Below, piece after piece: positions 40,067-53,630 of a DNA stretch of 64,000 bases (the first letter of the stretch is position 1; each line of letters starts with the position of its first letter). Below the pieces are notes generated by a model. That model did no database searches. It saw only the letters and a list, made by a program, of their open reading frames with translations, and had not been told where the DNA came from. The stretch spans positions 8,804,001 to 8,868,000 of the forward strand of contig OZ024746.1 in NCBI GenBank assembly GCA_964016885.1, given 5' to 3'. The position numbers were made by a program, and so were the translations under genes. The DNA is from Eledone cirrhosa. Lineage: Eukaryota.

Positions 40067-40276
40067 TGCATATATATATATACATATATGTATATATATG
40101 TATATACCGTATGTTTCATTAAAAACATTTTGAAGACTTTGCGCTATTATTTTGAAAGTAGTGACTCTGTCACTTAATTCTTTTTTCGGCAAAGGAAGGG
40201 AGAGGAGCTGACAGCGGGGAGTACGTTGCTCTGAGGTTGACATACAGTGTGAAACAGAATTTGTTAGCTTCTCTCC

Positions 40277-40329
40277 CTGCCTGAAGAGGTCACAGCCAAT
40301 AATAGCTGTCACCGAAATATATATAGCAG
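40277..40329 (+). ncRNA. Type I hammerhead ribozyme, intact core
   Basis: ctgc CTGAAGA ggtcacagc caataata gctgtcacc GAAA tatata TA|gcag, with a canonical G-C pair opening stem II. Confidence 0.85.
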
Positions 40330-40451
40330 AGAATGTATAATTTATAATAAACGAAGCCATATTTTACATTACTCCGGAGTAAACAAACCAACCTGTGTAC
40401 TTCGTCGAGTGCTTCAATCTGCATATTGAGATGTTGGTAAACAACCAACAT

Positions 40452-40591
<140 letters not shown>

Positions 40592-40661
40592 ATATATATA
40601 CTCTTTCACGTCGAGGTTTATATTTTTCTTGGTGCAATTCTTCCCGCTTATATATATATAC

Positions 40662-40696
<35 letters not shown>

Positions 40697-40697
40697 C

Positions 40698-40770
<73 letters not shown>

Positions 40771-40788
40771 TATATACATATATATATG

Positions 40789-40840
<52 letters not shown>

Positions 40841-40847
40841 CATATAC

Positions 40848-40878
<31 letters not shown>

Positions 40879-40879
<1 letters not shown>

Positions 40880-41080
40880 TGGTAAACGGAATAGAAAATG
40901 CTAACAAATTGTTCACAGTTGAAAAATGGTTTAATTAGGAATAAAAGAGTATTAGTGATTGTATGGGTTAGTATTCAGTTGTGGTTTTAAGTTTTTAAGC
41001 TTTTACCGGTTGCGCATTTCTAAATGCTTTTCAAAAATAATTTTGAGATAGAGTGTCCGTGCTGTTTGCTCTGATCTGAT
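40879..41080. repeat. Dispersed (TA)n-adjacent repeat, second copy at 61907-62096
   Basis: The two segments align over about 190 bp; the minus strand has GAAAtgcgca, which may be a truncated pLTR. Confidence 0.75.
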
Positions 41081-43152
41081 TACAATATATTAATAAATGG
41101 AAACTATCTTTATAAAACCATATTTATTTTATTATATATATTTCAAGGGCAACCAAGGCAAATTATGGTGCGCTTTCATCAGATAAAATACAGAATTTTT
41201 TATAAATAAATATTGACATACCCGGAAAAAAAAGACAACCTTAACGGTTGGAGCTTCCTGGATAGTGCAGTACATTTATTGAGGGTGATACAAAGTTATG
41301 AGTGAGTATGCAAATGAGTGTCCGAAAGGTTGAAAAGATAACGGTTTATTTAAATTAAACTGTTGGAAGAAGATGATATGTAAGGGAGAGCGAAAAAAAT
41401 AGAAAAAAGAAAAAAAGAAAAAAGAAAAAAAAGGAGAAAGATAGAAGAGGAAAGAAAGAACGATTATATATATTGATAATGAAAATAGAGTGCATGAAGA
41501 GATAAATATAAACAGCCTAAGTATATCTAAAAGGGAGAAGAAATGATAATAATGTGAAAGAATAATATTTATAATGCAGGATTCATTACGTTTTGATTAT
41601 AATACTTATAATGATAGGTTGAAAAATTAGTTTAAAATTAAATTAAAATTAAAAATTAGAAATCAAAATTAAAGATTAAAATTTACCTTAATATTAAAGA
41701 TTTAATATAATAATTTAATATTAATAATTAGTTTAAATATTAAGGATTATAAATTATTTAAATAAATATATAGTATTTTACATTAGAGCAAATCTAGTAT
41801 AGTTTATTTTATTAAAAGTTGTAAGTCAAAATTTAAACATCCAAATAATTCTAAATTTATGAAAAATTTACGAGAGTTTACAAAAGAATAACCACTTAGT
41901 TATATTATAAAAACAGTAAGGAAGTGTAAAGGAAGTTAGAAGTGATTTTTTAAGAACTCAGATGACTCTAAGGATTAAATGTTATAAAGTTAAACAGTTA
42001 AACATTTTTTATCTTAAGAATATAATTAAAACATGAACCATGTGTTATTTCATACGAAGTCATAAATTTACTTGCTATAAAGTTAAAACATTAACATTAA
42101 AATCAAAACATTAAAAAAATTTATCTTAAGAATATATTTAAAGCATAAACCATAGGTTATTCCACATATATATAAAAAACCTATATATAAAAATCATATG
42201 TTTTTCCACATATATATAAACATTTGGATATATATATTAAAAACGTTTGAAGATATAAAAAATATAAAAATATAAAAATATTGGAAGTTATGAAAATAAT
42301 GGTTTTCCTATATCATTCAAAGGAATTTTCAAAAGATTTTTCATAAAACCTTCCGTAAGTTTTTCAATAAAAATTTTTTTCTTAAAGGAGTTTCAAGCAG
42401 TCATATAAAATTTTTTTTATAATCTATCGATAGGTGTAATAATTTTAAGTATATAGTATATATATGTGAAGTAAAGATATGAATCATATATAGATATAGA
42501 AGACATTATGTAAAAGAGATAAGTCATATATTACATTTTATATATATATTTAAAAGTTGAATTTAAACGATGTTTGCAGGACTGAATAAATTATTTCGCA
42601 AATTAATAGAGTTCTTACTTTTTAGTATAAAGAATATTTCTTCAACACAAAGAGAACAATTTTGGGATAAAGCAGTGTATGAAGGAGCTTTGGAAATAAT
42701 TTTCCAAAGTAAAGAATAGTTAATATTCTTGGATTTCAGGTCCGATAATAAGTTAGATAGAAAAGTTGAAGATTTTTTACCAATATTCGTAAAGGTACAT
42801 TTATGGTTATTAAAACGAGATATGAAGTCAGTGGAAGTAGAGCCGACATAGTTAAAGGAGTTTTCATTTGTTTTGACATTACAATTGTATACTATCTCCA
42901 CTATCCAGGAAGCTCCAACCGTTAAGGTAGTCTTTTTTCCGGGTATGTCAATATTTATTTATAAAACAAATCTGTATTTTATCTGATGAAAGCGCACCAT
43001 AATTTGCCTTGGTTGCCCTTGAAATATGTATAATAAAATAAATATGGTTTTATAAATATAGTTTCTATTTATTAATATATTGTATATTTACTCCACTAAA
43101 TTGTTGAGTGCTTTTTATCAGTTATAACAAATTTTAAATTAAATATAACCTC

Positions 43153-43156
<4 letters not shown>
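41081..43156 (-). mobile_element. 5'-truncated Penelope-like retroelement (Naiad-type) with inverted pseudo-LTRs
   Basis: ~186-bp inverted arms at 41081-41267 and 42899-43084, each with an HHR (41125-41190 on -, 42975-43040 on +; 8-bp stem I tattttat/ataaaata). Tail 43085-43156. Internal GIY-YIG remnant and AT-rich UTR. Confidence 0.85.
42550..42901 (-). pseudogene. GIY-YIG endonuclease domain of a Penelope-like element
   Basis: IVY..YVGST..F..RF.NHK..F..ST.LS...LK...W.I....SY......CSLC.EE...N.R, and CKHR after a frameshift. The CxxC...CxH extension is typical of Naiad-type endonucleases as I recall. Confidence 0.88.
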
Positions 43157-43231
<75 letters not shown>

Positions 43232-43548
43232 GTATGTATATTCGCTGCAGTTACATCAGGATGGTACTAATTTACCTGCAACATAAAATCATACCAACAT
43301 AACCATTTCACGTCATTTTGTTAGAATTTGACGATATGACACATGTGTCAGTTGATGATGTTACCATTGTATAATATCTACCAACCACGTCATCGAAATA
43401 CGCATAATGCTATAAATACAATTATGGAAACTCCGATGGCACAATCCTAGATATATACGACTGACGTAGAGTGCTTTTACCCGCTTACAACGAATTACCT
43501 TTGTGACTTTACGACATAATCTTCACAGCTAAGTACCCTAATCATCAG

Positions 43549-43590
<42 letters not shown>

Positions 43591-43805
43591 GCAGTCTTTT
43601 ACTTGCTATTAACGACTTTGTGTGCACTCTGAATTATAAGTTTGTATTTCATACATATAAAGACTATAATATCATTGAGTGAGTGGCAGCTAGAGTTGCG
43701 CAGTATATGTTTAACAAATTTCGTTAAGTAATATTTATACATACATACGTGTACACACACACACACACACATATGCGTGTGTGTGTCTGTCTATACACAC
43801 ACATG

Positions 43806-43837
<32 letters not shown>

Positions 43838-43838
<1 letters not shown>

Positions 43839-44444
43839 GGTGGCTGCCAACTCGTTTTCGAGTACGGCCACTACTTTATATCCATATAGGAGAACCCCTA
43901 CCGATGCGCTGAACGAGTGACTTTTTAGTCCAGCCAGCGACTTGAAAACTCTGGTACAAACACTACACTTGTGACAAATATTGACACATAGTGCTGGGCC
44001 CATGGTACCCTGTGACGACAAGTGCAGAGAGATCTCCAGATATAAAGCAATGCCTGTGCCGTGAAGCTTTTATAGTGAGCAAAGGCACTGCACAAAGCCA
44101 GTCCCACTCTCTTAACCAAGATGATATTTACCAAAAAGAAGAACAAGTCAACATCATTGGATACCATCAGGGTTGCAGGTGTTATATCAGAGTTTTCCAT
44201 CTCCTAGAATTCTGCCTTGACAAAGGCTAAGGGGTCATCTCTCCCGGTGATTTTGGATGGCCATTGACTCTTAAGAGCTCCTTTGCCCTTTGACAGGTTT
44301 TGTTTTTAGTCCTGCAGGATGTCCAAAGTCACCCTCCTCACCAAGAAACCTTGGTGGGGTTGCCAGTTTAGTCGCCAACGACCCGACCATGGGTCAGGTT
44401 GTACTGGGATACATGTTACCAGTAGCACCAACTGGTGACCTGAC
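43838..44444 (-). mobile_element. Bipartite RTE-derived non-autonomous retroelement (~605 bp)
   Basis: RTE 5'UTR-like motif aggagatggaaaactctga fused to an RTE 3' end encoding the C2H2-like remnant CSVCTRVFKSLAGLKSH; (TA)n tail; no RT. Confidence 0.75.
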
Positions 44445-44959
44445 ATACATATATATATATATAGACATATACATACATACACACACATACATATAGACAT
44501 ATACATACATACATATATATATATATAGACACATACATACATACATACATATATATATATACACACATACACACATATATATACATACATACATACATAC
44601 ATACATATACATACATACATACATACATACATATACATACATACATACATATACATACATACATATATACATATACATACATACACACATACATATACAT
44701 ACATACATACACATATATATATATATATATATACACATATATGAATATGTATATGTATGTATGTATCTCTCTCGCTCTCTCTCTCTCCCTGTATATATAT
44801 ATACAGAGAGAGAAATAAATAAGAATGGAGAAAAAGAAGTATGTTAGGCTTATAAAATACAACTGTCATGTTCCAAGAGTAGATCCTTTGTATGAGAATG
44901 CTTATTGTATATTATGGATCAAGCAAACACTAAAGAATTATAGTGTACTGGTGAAAATG

Positions 44960-45919
44960 TAAGATTTCCAAGTGAAATCTCGGCGGCTGGGATGGCATAC
45001 AACATCTTTAAGAGAGAAATAAGAGAAAATAATACTGGCGAAATACATTAGTAACTGTATCAGAAAGAAATGCACTCCTTTCCAGAAATAAGTGCTTCTA
45101 ATTTAGGCACAAGGCCAACAATGTGTGTGTGTGGAGGGAGGAATAGTCGATTATATCGATCTCAGGACTTGTCTAGTACTTTATGTTATGAACCCCAGAA
45201 AGATGAATGGAAAGGTTGACTCAAAAGAAAGGGAGTTGGATCAGATACTACACACTTCTATTCCGATGTTCGAACGACTTTGACAATCCACTGTATTTAC
45301 TCATTCCATAATGATCTACTAGATAAATACAAGTATTTATAAGTGGATTAAGTAACATAGACAGGAAAGTAGGAGAATTTTTGACAGGAGATAGAAATGC
45401 TTCATCTTAAATATGATATATATTACATAGACAGGATGTATTTACGACACACCTAACGATGGAAACGAAATGATTAGTACAAATACAGAATTACTATAAA
45501 ATAATTACCGAATGACTAAAATAAAACTTACCCTATACAAAATCAGGGTAGATAATATATCTCTATTAGGGAACAGGATGAACCCCCTTTCCCTCTACTC
45601 CCTAAAAGTGAGGCTAAATGAATTATTTTTTTTATAGATAACGAAGCAATTAAGTGCAAAATCATGTTTGGAAATATAGCAGCAGCTGATAGGAAAGAAC
45701 ATTAGATCAGCTGGAAAAGCATTAAATATAGAGACATAAAAAAATAACTTTCAGAGGAGCAGGCAAAATATAGCCTAAAATGGTCAGTATGTAGCAGGAC
45801 TGAACAAAAACAAGGTTTATGATAAAAAAAAAGGCAAAGTATGCTTTACTTTACCTGTTCTAATATAAAAAGGAGAAACAGAAGATGTGAAAATGGTGGC
45901 ACAAGACCAGAGCTTATTC

Positions 45920-45920
<1 letters not shown>
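44960..45920 (+). pseudogene. Old, decayed R4/Dong-clade LINE fragment interrupted by a SINE A (45095-45292)
   Basis: Residual motifs in the expected order: DGIQH, IDRKV, MLHLKYD, IDRMYL, IKGETE..MVAQDQSL.T. Confidence 0.55.
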
Positions 45921-45953
<33 letters not shown>

Positions 45954-46094
45954 GAAAAATCAGTGATGCATCTGGACTTAGTTTATTGTTTCGCCAGCAG
46001 ATAGCTCGAGACACGATCATTGTATGGATCTGTCTGATTCTAGATCTGCAGGTTATTCGGACACATGCAAGACTTTCGGAACAAATTTTCTCAC

Positions 46095-46866
46095 TGAGAA
46101 AAAGGCTACAGAAGGCATGCCAATGGCTGCGCAAGAGCAGGGCCTCAGAACGAAGTGGGTTTAACACCATATTTACAGGGAAGAGGCTAGCCCACTGTGT
46201 AGGATCTGTGGAGAGAGAGAGGAGACTGTGGCTTACATTGTATCCGAGTGTAAACATTTAGCCCAGACTCACTATAAAAGCTGGAGACATGATGTGATGG
46301 GCAGGGTGATCCACTGGCACCTATGCAAAGTAAACAATTTACCACATTCTGAGAAGTGATATGAGCATAAGCCAGAGTCGGTGATAGAAAACGATCAGGT
46401 GCTATGGGACTTTAGGATACAGACGGACAAAAAATTAGAACACAATAGGCCTGACCTGGTGCTTTTGGACAAGGAAAAAAGATCGTGCCTGATTATAGAT
46501 GAAGCCAGCCCATTTGAAACAAGAGTGCAAGAAAAGGAGAGGGAGAAAATTAACCGATACCAGGACTTAAAGTGGGAAGTAAAAAGGATTTGGAACTGCC
46601 ATGAAGTCAGGGTCATCCCGATTGTCATAGGCGCACTAGGTACTATCTCAAAGAATTTCCAAGGATGGTTAAAGAAGATTAGTCCAGCCCCGCTTTTGGG
46701 AACATTTCAAAAGGCATGCTTGCTGGGAACAGCAAGAACCCTCCGATACGTCCTGAATATCTGAGGCTACAGGTAGCGGCTTGATATTCATTTCAACAAA
46801 CTTTCCAGTTAAATAACATCAATGACTGAGACTCAAAGAATAAAAATAATAATAATAATAATAATA

Positions 46867-46897
<31 letters not shown>
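46095..46897 (+). pseudogene. R4/Dong-clade non-LTR retrotransposon 3' end: CCHC knuckle, restriction-like endonuclease, (AAT)n tail
   Basis: TEG..MAAQEQGLRT..CRICGEREETVAYIVSECKHLA..RHD..IHWHLC..LWDFRIQTD..HNRPDLV..LIID..P..KEREKINRYQDL..PIVIGALG..QKACLLGTARTLR, with two in-frame stops; ends in (AAT)n. Confidence 0.92.
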
Positions 46898-46919
46898 GAA
46901 GAAGAAGAAAAAAGAATAA

Positions 46920-47400
46920 TAACGATTTCTAGTATAGGCACAAGGCCAGTAATTTGGGTGGAGGGGAAAGTCGACTAAATCGTTTAAGCGTTTTTGGTAC
47001 ATTATTTTTTTGACCCCGTAAAGATGAAAGGCAAAGCTAACCTCGGCGTGATTTTGAACTCAGAACGTGAAGAGACATAACTCTATGCCGCAAAGCATAT
47101 TATCCGATGTTTTAACGATTCTGCCAATCCACCAACACCAGCGCACATTTTGGCAGGGGGTATGAATGTTAGTTGAAGGAATCAAATCTAAACTATAATA
47201 AAGTAAGGAGCGCGGGACTGCGTACGGTTTATAATTTTTTTATCCCATTAGTTAAATAAGTTGGATTACTTTGAATAAATAATTGTTTCTACTTTTGGCA
47301 CAAGGCCAGCAATAACCCAGTGTATTACTGGTACTTTATTGTATCAACCCCGTAAGGATGAAAGGCAAAGTTAACCTCGACAAGATTTGAACTCAGAATG
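46920..47400 (-). mobile_element. Two SINE A copies (46920-47133, 47279-47400)
   Basis: Family A motifs. Confidence 0.85.
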
Positions 47401-47598
47401 AATAATGAAAATTACATAATTTAACTACTAAATTTCGTGGCTGTTCATTAAATATATTTTATTACTTATTTAAAGACTCACTTCTTTAAAACTTTCAAAT
47501 GTCAACACTTCCGGTTAGCGATCGCTTAAATAAACATTCATATATTTCCGTCACTAATTTTCTAATGCAGTTTATATATAATATCGTCTTTTTTTTAA

Positions 47599-47865
47599 TG
47601 TATCATGGATTACGTTACTGATTACATAAGAGAATGTAACACAGTCTTCGTTCAATTTCTGTGTATATTGTCAATTACGATTTTATTTGATGTATCATAT
47701 CTACATGCATATATACTTGATATATACTATATTGATATTATACACAAGTATATATGCATGTAGATATGATACATCAAATAAAATCGTAATTGACAATATA
47801 CACAGAAATTGAACGAAGACTGTGTTACACTCTCTTATGTAATCAGTAACGTAATCCATGATACA
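47599..47865. repeat. Long inverted repeat, ~120-bp arms
   Basis: 47599-47718 versus 47746-47865, one mismatch seen, AT-rich spacer. Confidence 0.92.
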
Positions 47866-49214
47866 CTGAAGAGTGGGTTTCTGCTAGTGTGTTTAAACAC
47901 TAGAATCTCTGCTGGAAACAGAAGTCGAGTTTACTAAAGAAATTTATGTTAGATTGTAGCGTTAAATCAACTTTGAAGTAATGAAAAATTATTAAATGCA
48001 TTGATATCACGTTTGATAAATAAATAAAAAAACAACAACAGATATTAGACAATTATATGAAATATACAAAGATACTTAAGAATTAATGGACTAGACAGAG
48101 CGAATCACAAACATTTGAAATACACAGTTAGAAAGTAATGTTATAGATGCATTAAATAAATATTTAAATCTGAACTAAATGCAGAAATTAAGATAATAGA
48201 CATCCATACCGTAGTTCTCTCAATAATAAGTTGTAGTTGTAATATAATTAGACATTAAATGAAATAGCAAGATGAGAAAACATGTAAAATGAAGACTGAG
48301 TTAGAATACCACTCAACATGTAGCATAAAATATTATGTTTAACATGAATACAAAGAGACAAGGAATTTCTGCAACTATAAAACTATTATAAGATATCCTC
48401 TGTAAAACTAAATATATCTTGTAAAGACTAATGGAAAACTAATACAAATAGATTCCATACATGAATAGAATAAAAAGAAATATTCTTTATCTAAGAAAGA
48501 CAAAAAATGCAAACCAGAAACTCAGGTAACAGTTGGCTCTTGAGCGAAAGAAGAAACAATATGAGAAATTGTGAAAAAAATCAAGAATGATAGTACAAAT
48601 GGAGCTACTGATACCATGCTAAAACGATGGTAAAGAAATCCACTATATAACCAATACCTGGAAAATCTGAACAGAGTTGATATAATGGAATAAATATTGA
48701 GATATTGACAGAGACACTCAAAGATGAGATTAAGAGATTTCTTTTATTATGACACAGATGCACAACATTCCTAAGATTATTATGAAACACAACATACTAT
48801 GTAACAAACAGAATATGTATAAATTGTCAAAAATAAATGAGAATCATTGTACTCAAGTTGTCCAATAATAGCGAGGAGAGTATATTTTTCTAGGTATATT
48901 TTTCTAGACACTAGACATTTTTCCAGCAATATGACAGTAAAAAGATAAACATATAGAGTAAGCACGCGTGATGATTGCAGAGATAACAGAAAACAGTATG
49001 TGGTTTTTGTGGGTTCTGAAATTCATGCACGTCCCCGAAGATCGCAACTTTATCCAATACTTCACTTGATGTGTGTACCTTAGAGGTGACAATAAACAAA
49101 GGCTCATCGTCCCTACAAATTTGCATTATTGTGAGTCGTTTATTCTATTTCTCCATATATTGAGGCACTAGCCATGGCCTGGTATGAGCTACACCCACAC
49201 CGTCTCTTAACTGA

Positions 49215-49462
49215 CTTATTGTTGGCCTTGTGCCTAAATCAGTAACCATTATTATTTGCCCCTTGTTATTTGCGGTGAATTGGCAGTATCGGTAGAGGGT
49301 CGGACGCCATGCTTTGACGCATAGAGTTACGGCCCTTGTCATTCTGAGTTCAAATCCCGCCGAGGTTAACTTTGCCTTTCATCCTTACGGGGTTGATAAA
49401 ATAAAGTACCAGTAATGTACTGGGTAATTGCTGACCTTGTGCCTAAAGTAGAAACAATTATT
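49215..49462 (+). mobile_element. SINE A tail followed by a full SINE A
   Basis: Family A motifs; attattatttgcccc is duplicated. Confidence 0.88.
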
Positions 49463-49779
49463 ATTTGCCCCCTTGTTTTCCGTTCCTTAGTTAAATGGTT
49501 TCGGCTTCAAGTTCACCAGTTTAGCACCAACATAAATTATAATTAGGTGTGGTTCTTAAAAAGCAAGTTATTTGTTACATCACTGACATCATCTCACTAT
49601 AAACATATCAGCAATTACTACATTTACACTGAGAAGAAATCTCCAAGTGTATACAGTTTCATGCACAACATACATAGGCAGACACATACATTCGTTCATA
49701 CATAAATATATATATACATACATTATAGTAATAATAATAAATACATACATTATATATATATATATATATATATGAATGC

Positions 49780-49858
<79 letters not shown>

Positions 49859-51643
49859 TAGATAGATATATATATACACTCTTCCATATATGATATACCT
49901 CGTAATTAACAAATGCCTAATGCTCAACTCACCGATCGAAAAATAAATGATTTAAGGAAACTAGGAATTATATGCATAATATGGATATATTGGGCTTGGT
50001 GTGATGGCGAATGGCTTAGTGGTTAGAGAATTGGGTTTAAAATGGTGACGTTGCGAGTTCTATTCCCTGACCGGGTGATGCATTATGTCACTATATTTCA
50101 TGCTGCCAGGAGTTGCAAACCGTAGATAGTATCAGCAATGGAAAGTCCAATGGAAATATTGTTTCCTTGGTTCGATTTGAAGAGTTCCACGTCACCCAGT
50201 AAGCGTATGAAATCTGAAATCTTGTCGATCGATCGTGAGAGTTTCAGAAATACGATTGGATTGCTTGTAAACATCCTTTGAAATTCTACTCAATGGGATA
50301 TCTCCATAATTCATTGATATATATAACTTTGCTTTTGCTTGGTTTATGTTTCTAAACTGATTCATATGAATGCAAATTGTTAGTAATCTATTCTGTTCAT
50401 CATTCTAGAAGCTTTTGCTAAAGTAATGTATTTATAAATAAGAGCTGTTAGAAACCGAGTTGTCTAAAGAGATTTTACACATATAGTTACTTTGAAAAAT
50501 AGCTTATTGAGAGTTTTAGCAAATTCTACAAACTGTGACAAGCTCTGTATTAAAATGATGGTTGGAAATAAGTTTGAAATAATCTATTACGTACGAATTG
50601 ATATTCGAGTCATTCCATAATGTCTTTCTGTTAAATATACCGAAATAAACAATTAGTTATATGCACCTCTCAGTTTGATACTGTATTAATCATGTGTTAA
50701 ACTTACTTTATGCATACGACTGTTTTCTCATCAATTTTCTCTCTTTTACCAAGAATTCAGTTTATGAGAATTTTAAAGACAACTAGTAAATTTTTTCTTA
50801 ACTCGTATTTTAAGTATGATTCTAAATATATTGAAATTCTTAAAACTAATTCTGTTTTAATACAAATTACAATACATTTAATAGAAAAAGATTTTTATTT
50901 TGCTTTCTTTTACTATCTTTAGATCAAAATATGTAAAAGCTGGAAGTTTCAATTGAAAATAATCTGTAACTTATAGTAATGTATTTCTATAGCAGACACT
51001 TTTAATTTATTTTATAATAGAGATGAATTTAAAAATGCAATACGTTTTTGTTTATTTATTTTTGTGTGTAAATAATATACTGCACTGAGTTGCTCTTTGC
51101 AAATATGCAATTTGTGTGTATAAATTGAAAATCCAGATTCAGTGGTTTGGATTTGATACAAATGATGAGGATATGAAATACCACCGAATGGAATTTATTT
51201 TTATTTATGTTGACTATCATTGATCTTAATAGATCTTCTTAAACATTTGCTGTATATTAAGTAAGGCACAGTATTAAATTTCAGTTGACAACTTGTTTGG
51301 CACATAGATGTCTGGTTTAACAGTTTTACTAGTTTGGTATGATTGTAATTTAATTATATCAATTAAATGTGTTGTGTTAAAGATACAAAGTTAAACCGAG
51401 TTACTCATTGTTAGTTTATAGGTTCATAATTGAGTGTTGGTCATAGTCAGAAAGATTATGCTGGTACTTCAGAAACAACGACAGTTAGCCTACCTGCCAC
51501 ACAACAATGTATATTACATGAAAATAGCATTATATACAATTAATCAGAAAACATACAACGCCTTCTAGATGGGTCAAATTAGTAGATGGTTTACAGCGTC
51601 AGGTAGGATATCTTCAACATTTCTTGTATTTTTGTAGTTTGAG

Positions 51644-52025
51644 TTCTGTATTTGTGCCAACCCTTACCTATGATCATGAATCTTGAGTAATGATCGAAAA
51701 AATACAATCGCGGATACAAGCAGCCGAAATGGGGTTCCCCCGAAGAGTCTTTGGAGTAACGCTACTCAATAGAGTGTGTGGCTCCAAGATCAGAGAGTCA
51801 CTCCTGGTAGAGTCGCTACGTCTCCGAATTGACACATCACACCTCCGATAGTATGGACGTGCTTAGAATGTCTCAGGAAAGAATCGCTGGACAGATTTTA
51901 CGGACAAAACCAACCGACAGGAGACCCAGGGGTAGATCCAGAGCAAGATGGTTGGATAACATCCGACAGCTTGGCTGGTCTCGTTTGGGAATCCAGCCGG
52001 ATCAGTTGGAGGCAGTTGCTTCTGA
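51644..52025 (+). pseudogene. RTE-clade (Expander/Rex3-like) LINE C-terminal fragment
   Basis: SVFVPTLTYDHES*VMIEKIQSRIQAAEMGFPRRVFGVTLLNRV..SKIRESL..LR*YG/VLRMSQER..RRPRGRSRARWLDNI..LGWSRLGI. Confidence 0.88.
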
Positions 52026-52935
52026 CAAATTCGGGAACCTTGGGTAGCCCTTTTGTTCCGTGTATGAAAAATAATATGTATATGCGTCATGTCCTGGGCA
52101 AGACACTTTATTCCATGTTGTACCTTCTATCTGGAGTTGCAACCGATAGAGAGTATTAGCAATCAGAAAGACCAATGGAAACATTGTTTCCTCACTCTGA
52201 TTTGACGAAAGTCGATCGTCTGTTGATGTATATATATATATACACACACACATATATATATATAGATATATAATGAGGAGACACAAGGGAACCCATCAGA
52301 ATAAACTGAAATAAAAAATGAAATAACTCACGAATAATTATAAATTGTTTGATTCTACGACATGAGTCTCATTTAATGTATGAAAACTAATGTAATAAAT
52401 CTCTGATACACCATACACTGAAAATATACTGCTATATCGAAGTCTTTGCCGCAATATTTCTCCATATGTTCATTCACCTTATCGCTTGATGACAAAATCT
52501 CAACATTTCAGCGCTCAGTGATAATAACATCAGTCAATCACACGAGGCTGCATATAAAGGATATCATCCCATCGAGACAGTGACTATTGAAATGTGCTCA
52601 AGATGAAATTAAACTTCCAAGAGTGTTATCTATACGACATTATTTCTAACAGTAATACACTGTTTAAGCGAAAAGTCTAACTCACTGAAATTCTGTGTAT
52701 GTTTATATGTGTGAATGTATGCTTGCATAATCTCGTTCATCCATGCTTTACTGACTCTCTCTGTGTATACCAAAGGCTACATTTGATAATAGCTGCAAGA
52801 AAAACAAAGACATTTAGACTTCACAGCTAACTATTTCACGCTTGATGCCGCAGTATCGAAGATGATAATAACGTTGATGGTGATGAGAACGATGGCGATG
52901 ATGATGATGATGATGATGATGATGAGAACGATGGC

Positions 52936-52967
<32 letters not shown>

Positions 52968-53598
52968 GAACGATGGCGATGATGATGATGATGCTGGTAG
53001 TGGTAGTGGTGGTAAGTATGAGGGAGGTGGGGATGATCTGAGCAGCGCTATTGAGATTGTTGGTTTTGTTAGTAGTTACTTTAGACGTAGAAGACAAAAT
53101 GGACGTGGCTTTCGTGAACAAGCTAGAGCAGCAAGGGTAGATAGGATAAAACTGTTAACAGCGACAGTCGTCTCGATACAAATGTTGACAAAAGATGAAA
53201 GAGAACGGACTTATCAAAGAAGACATTTTTTTCTAATATAAAGCAGCACATTTTATTAATAGTATTATTTGTGTGAAAATAAAATCAAGAGAAAATGAAA
53301 TCAGTGGAATTAAATTCTCTGTTTTAATAAAGTCTGCCATAGTAGTATAATTATGTTGTTTTATGTTGTAGCTCTCCGTTACATTTTAATCACATCAAAC
53401 GCTATGACCAGACAAGGTTTATCCTTATAAAATGAAAGCATGTATAGTGGCACACTTCTATGCATACTAGTTTGCAGAAGTAATATATGTTGGCAAACAA
53501 ATGTCTGAGCACAAATAAATATAAACAAATATTTACACGAGTGCACACAAATATATGTATGAGTGTTAGAGCACGCGTCTTTCTATGAGTGTGTGTGC

Positions 53599-53630
<32 letters not shown>

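Noticed and set aside
41081-43084. TIR DNA transposon
   Set aside because: The internal ORF is GIY-YIG rather than a transposase; the arms contain HHRs and a one-sided tail, which fits a Penelope-like retroelement.
44340-44444. HDV-like ribozyme at the RTE-derived 5' end
   Set aside because: I could not assign P3/L3/P1.1 in the required order.
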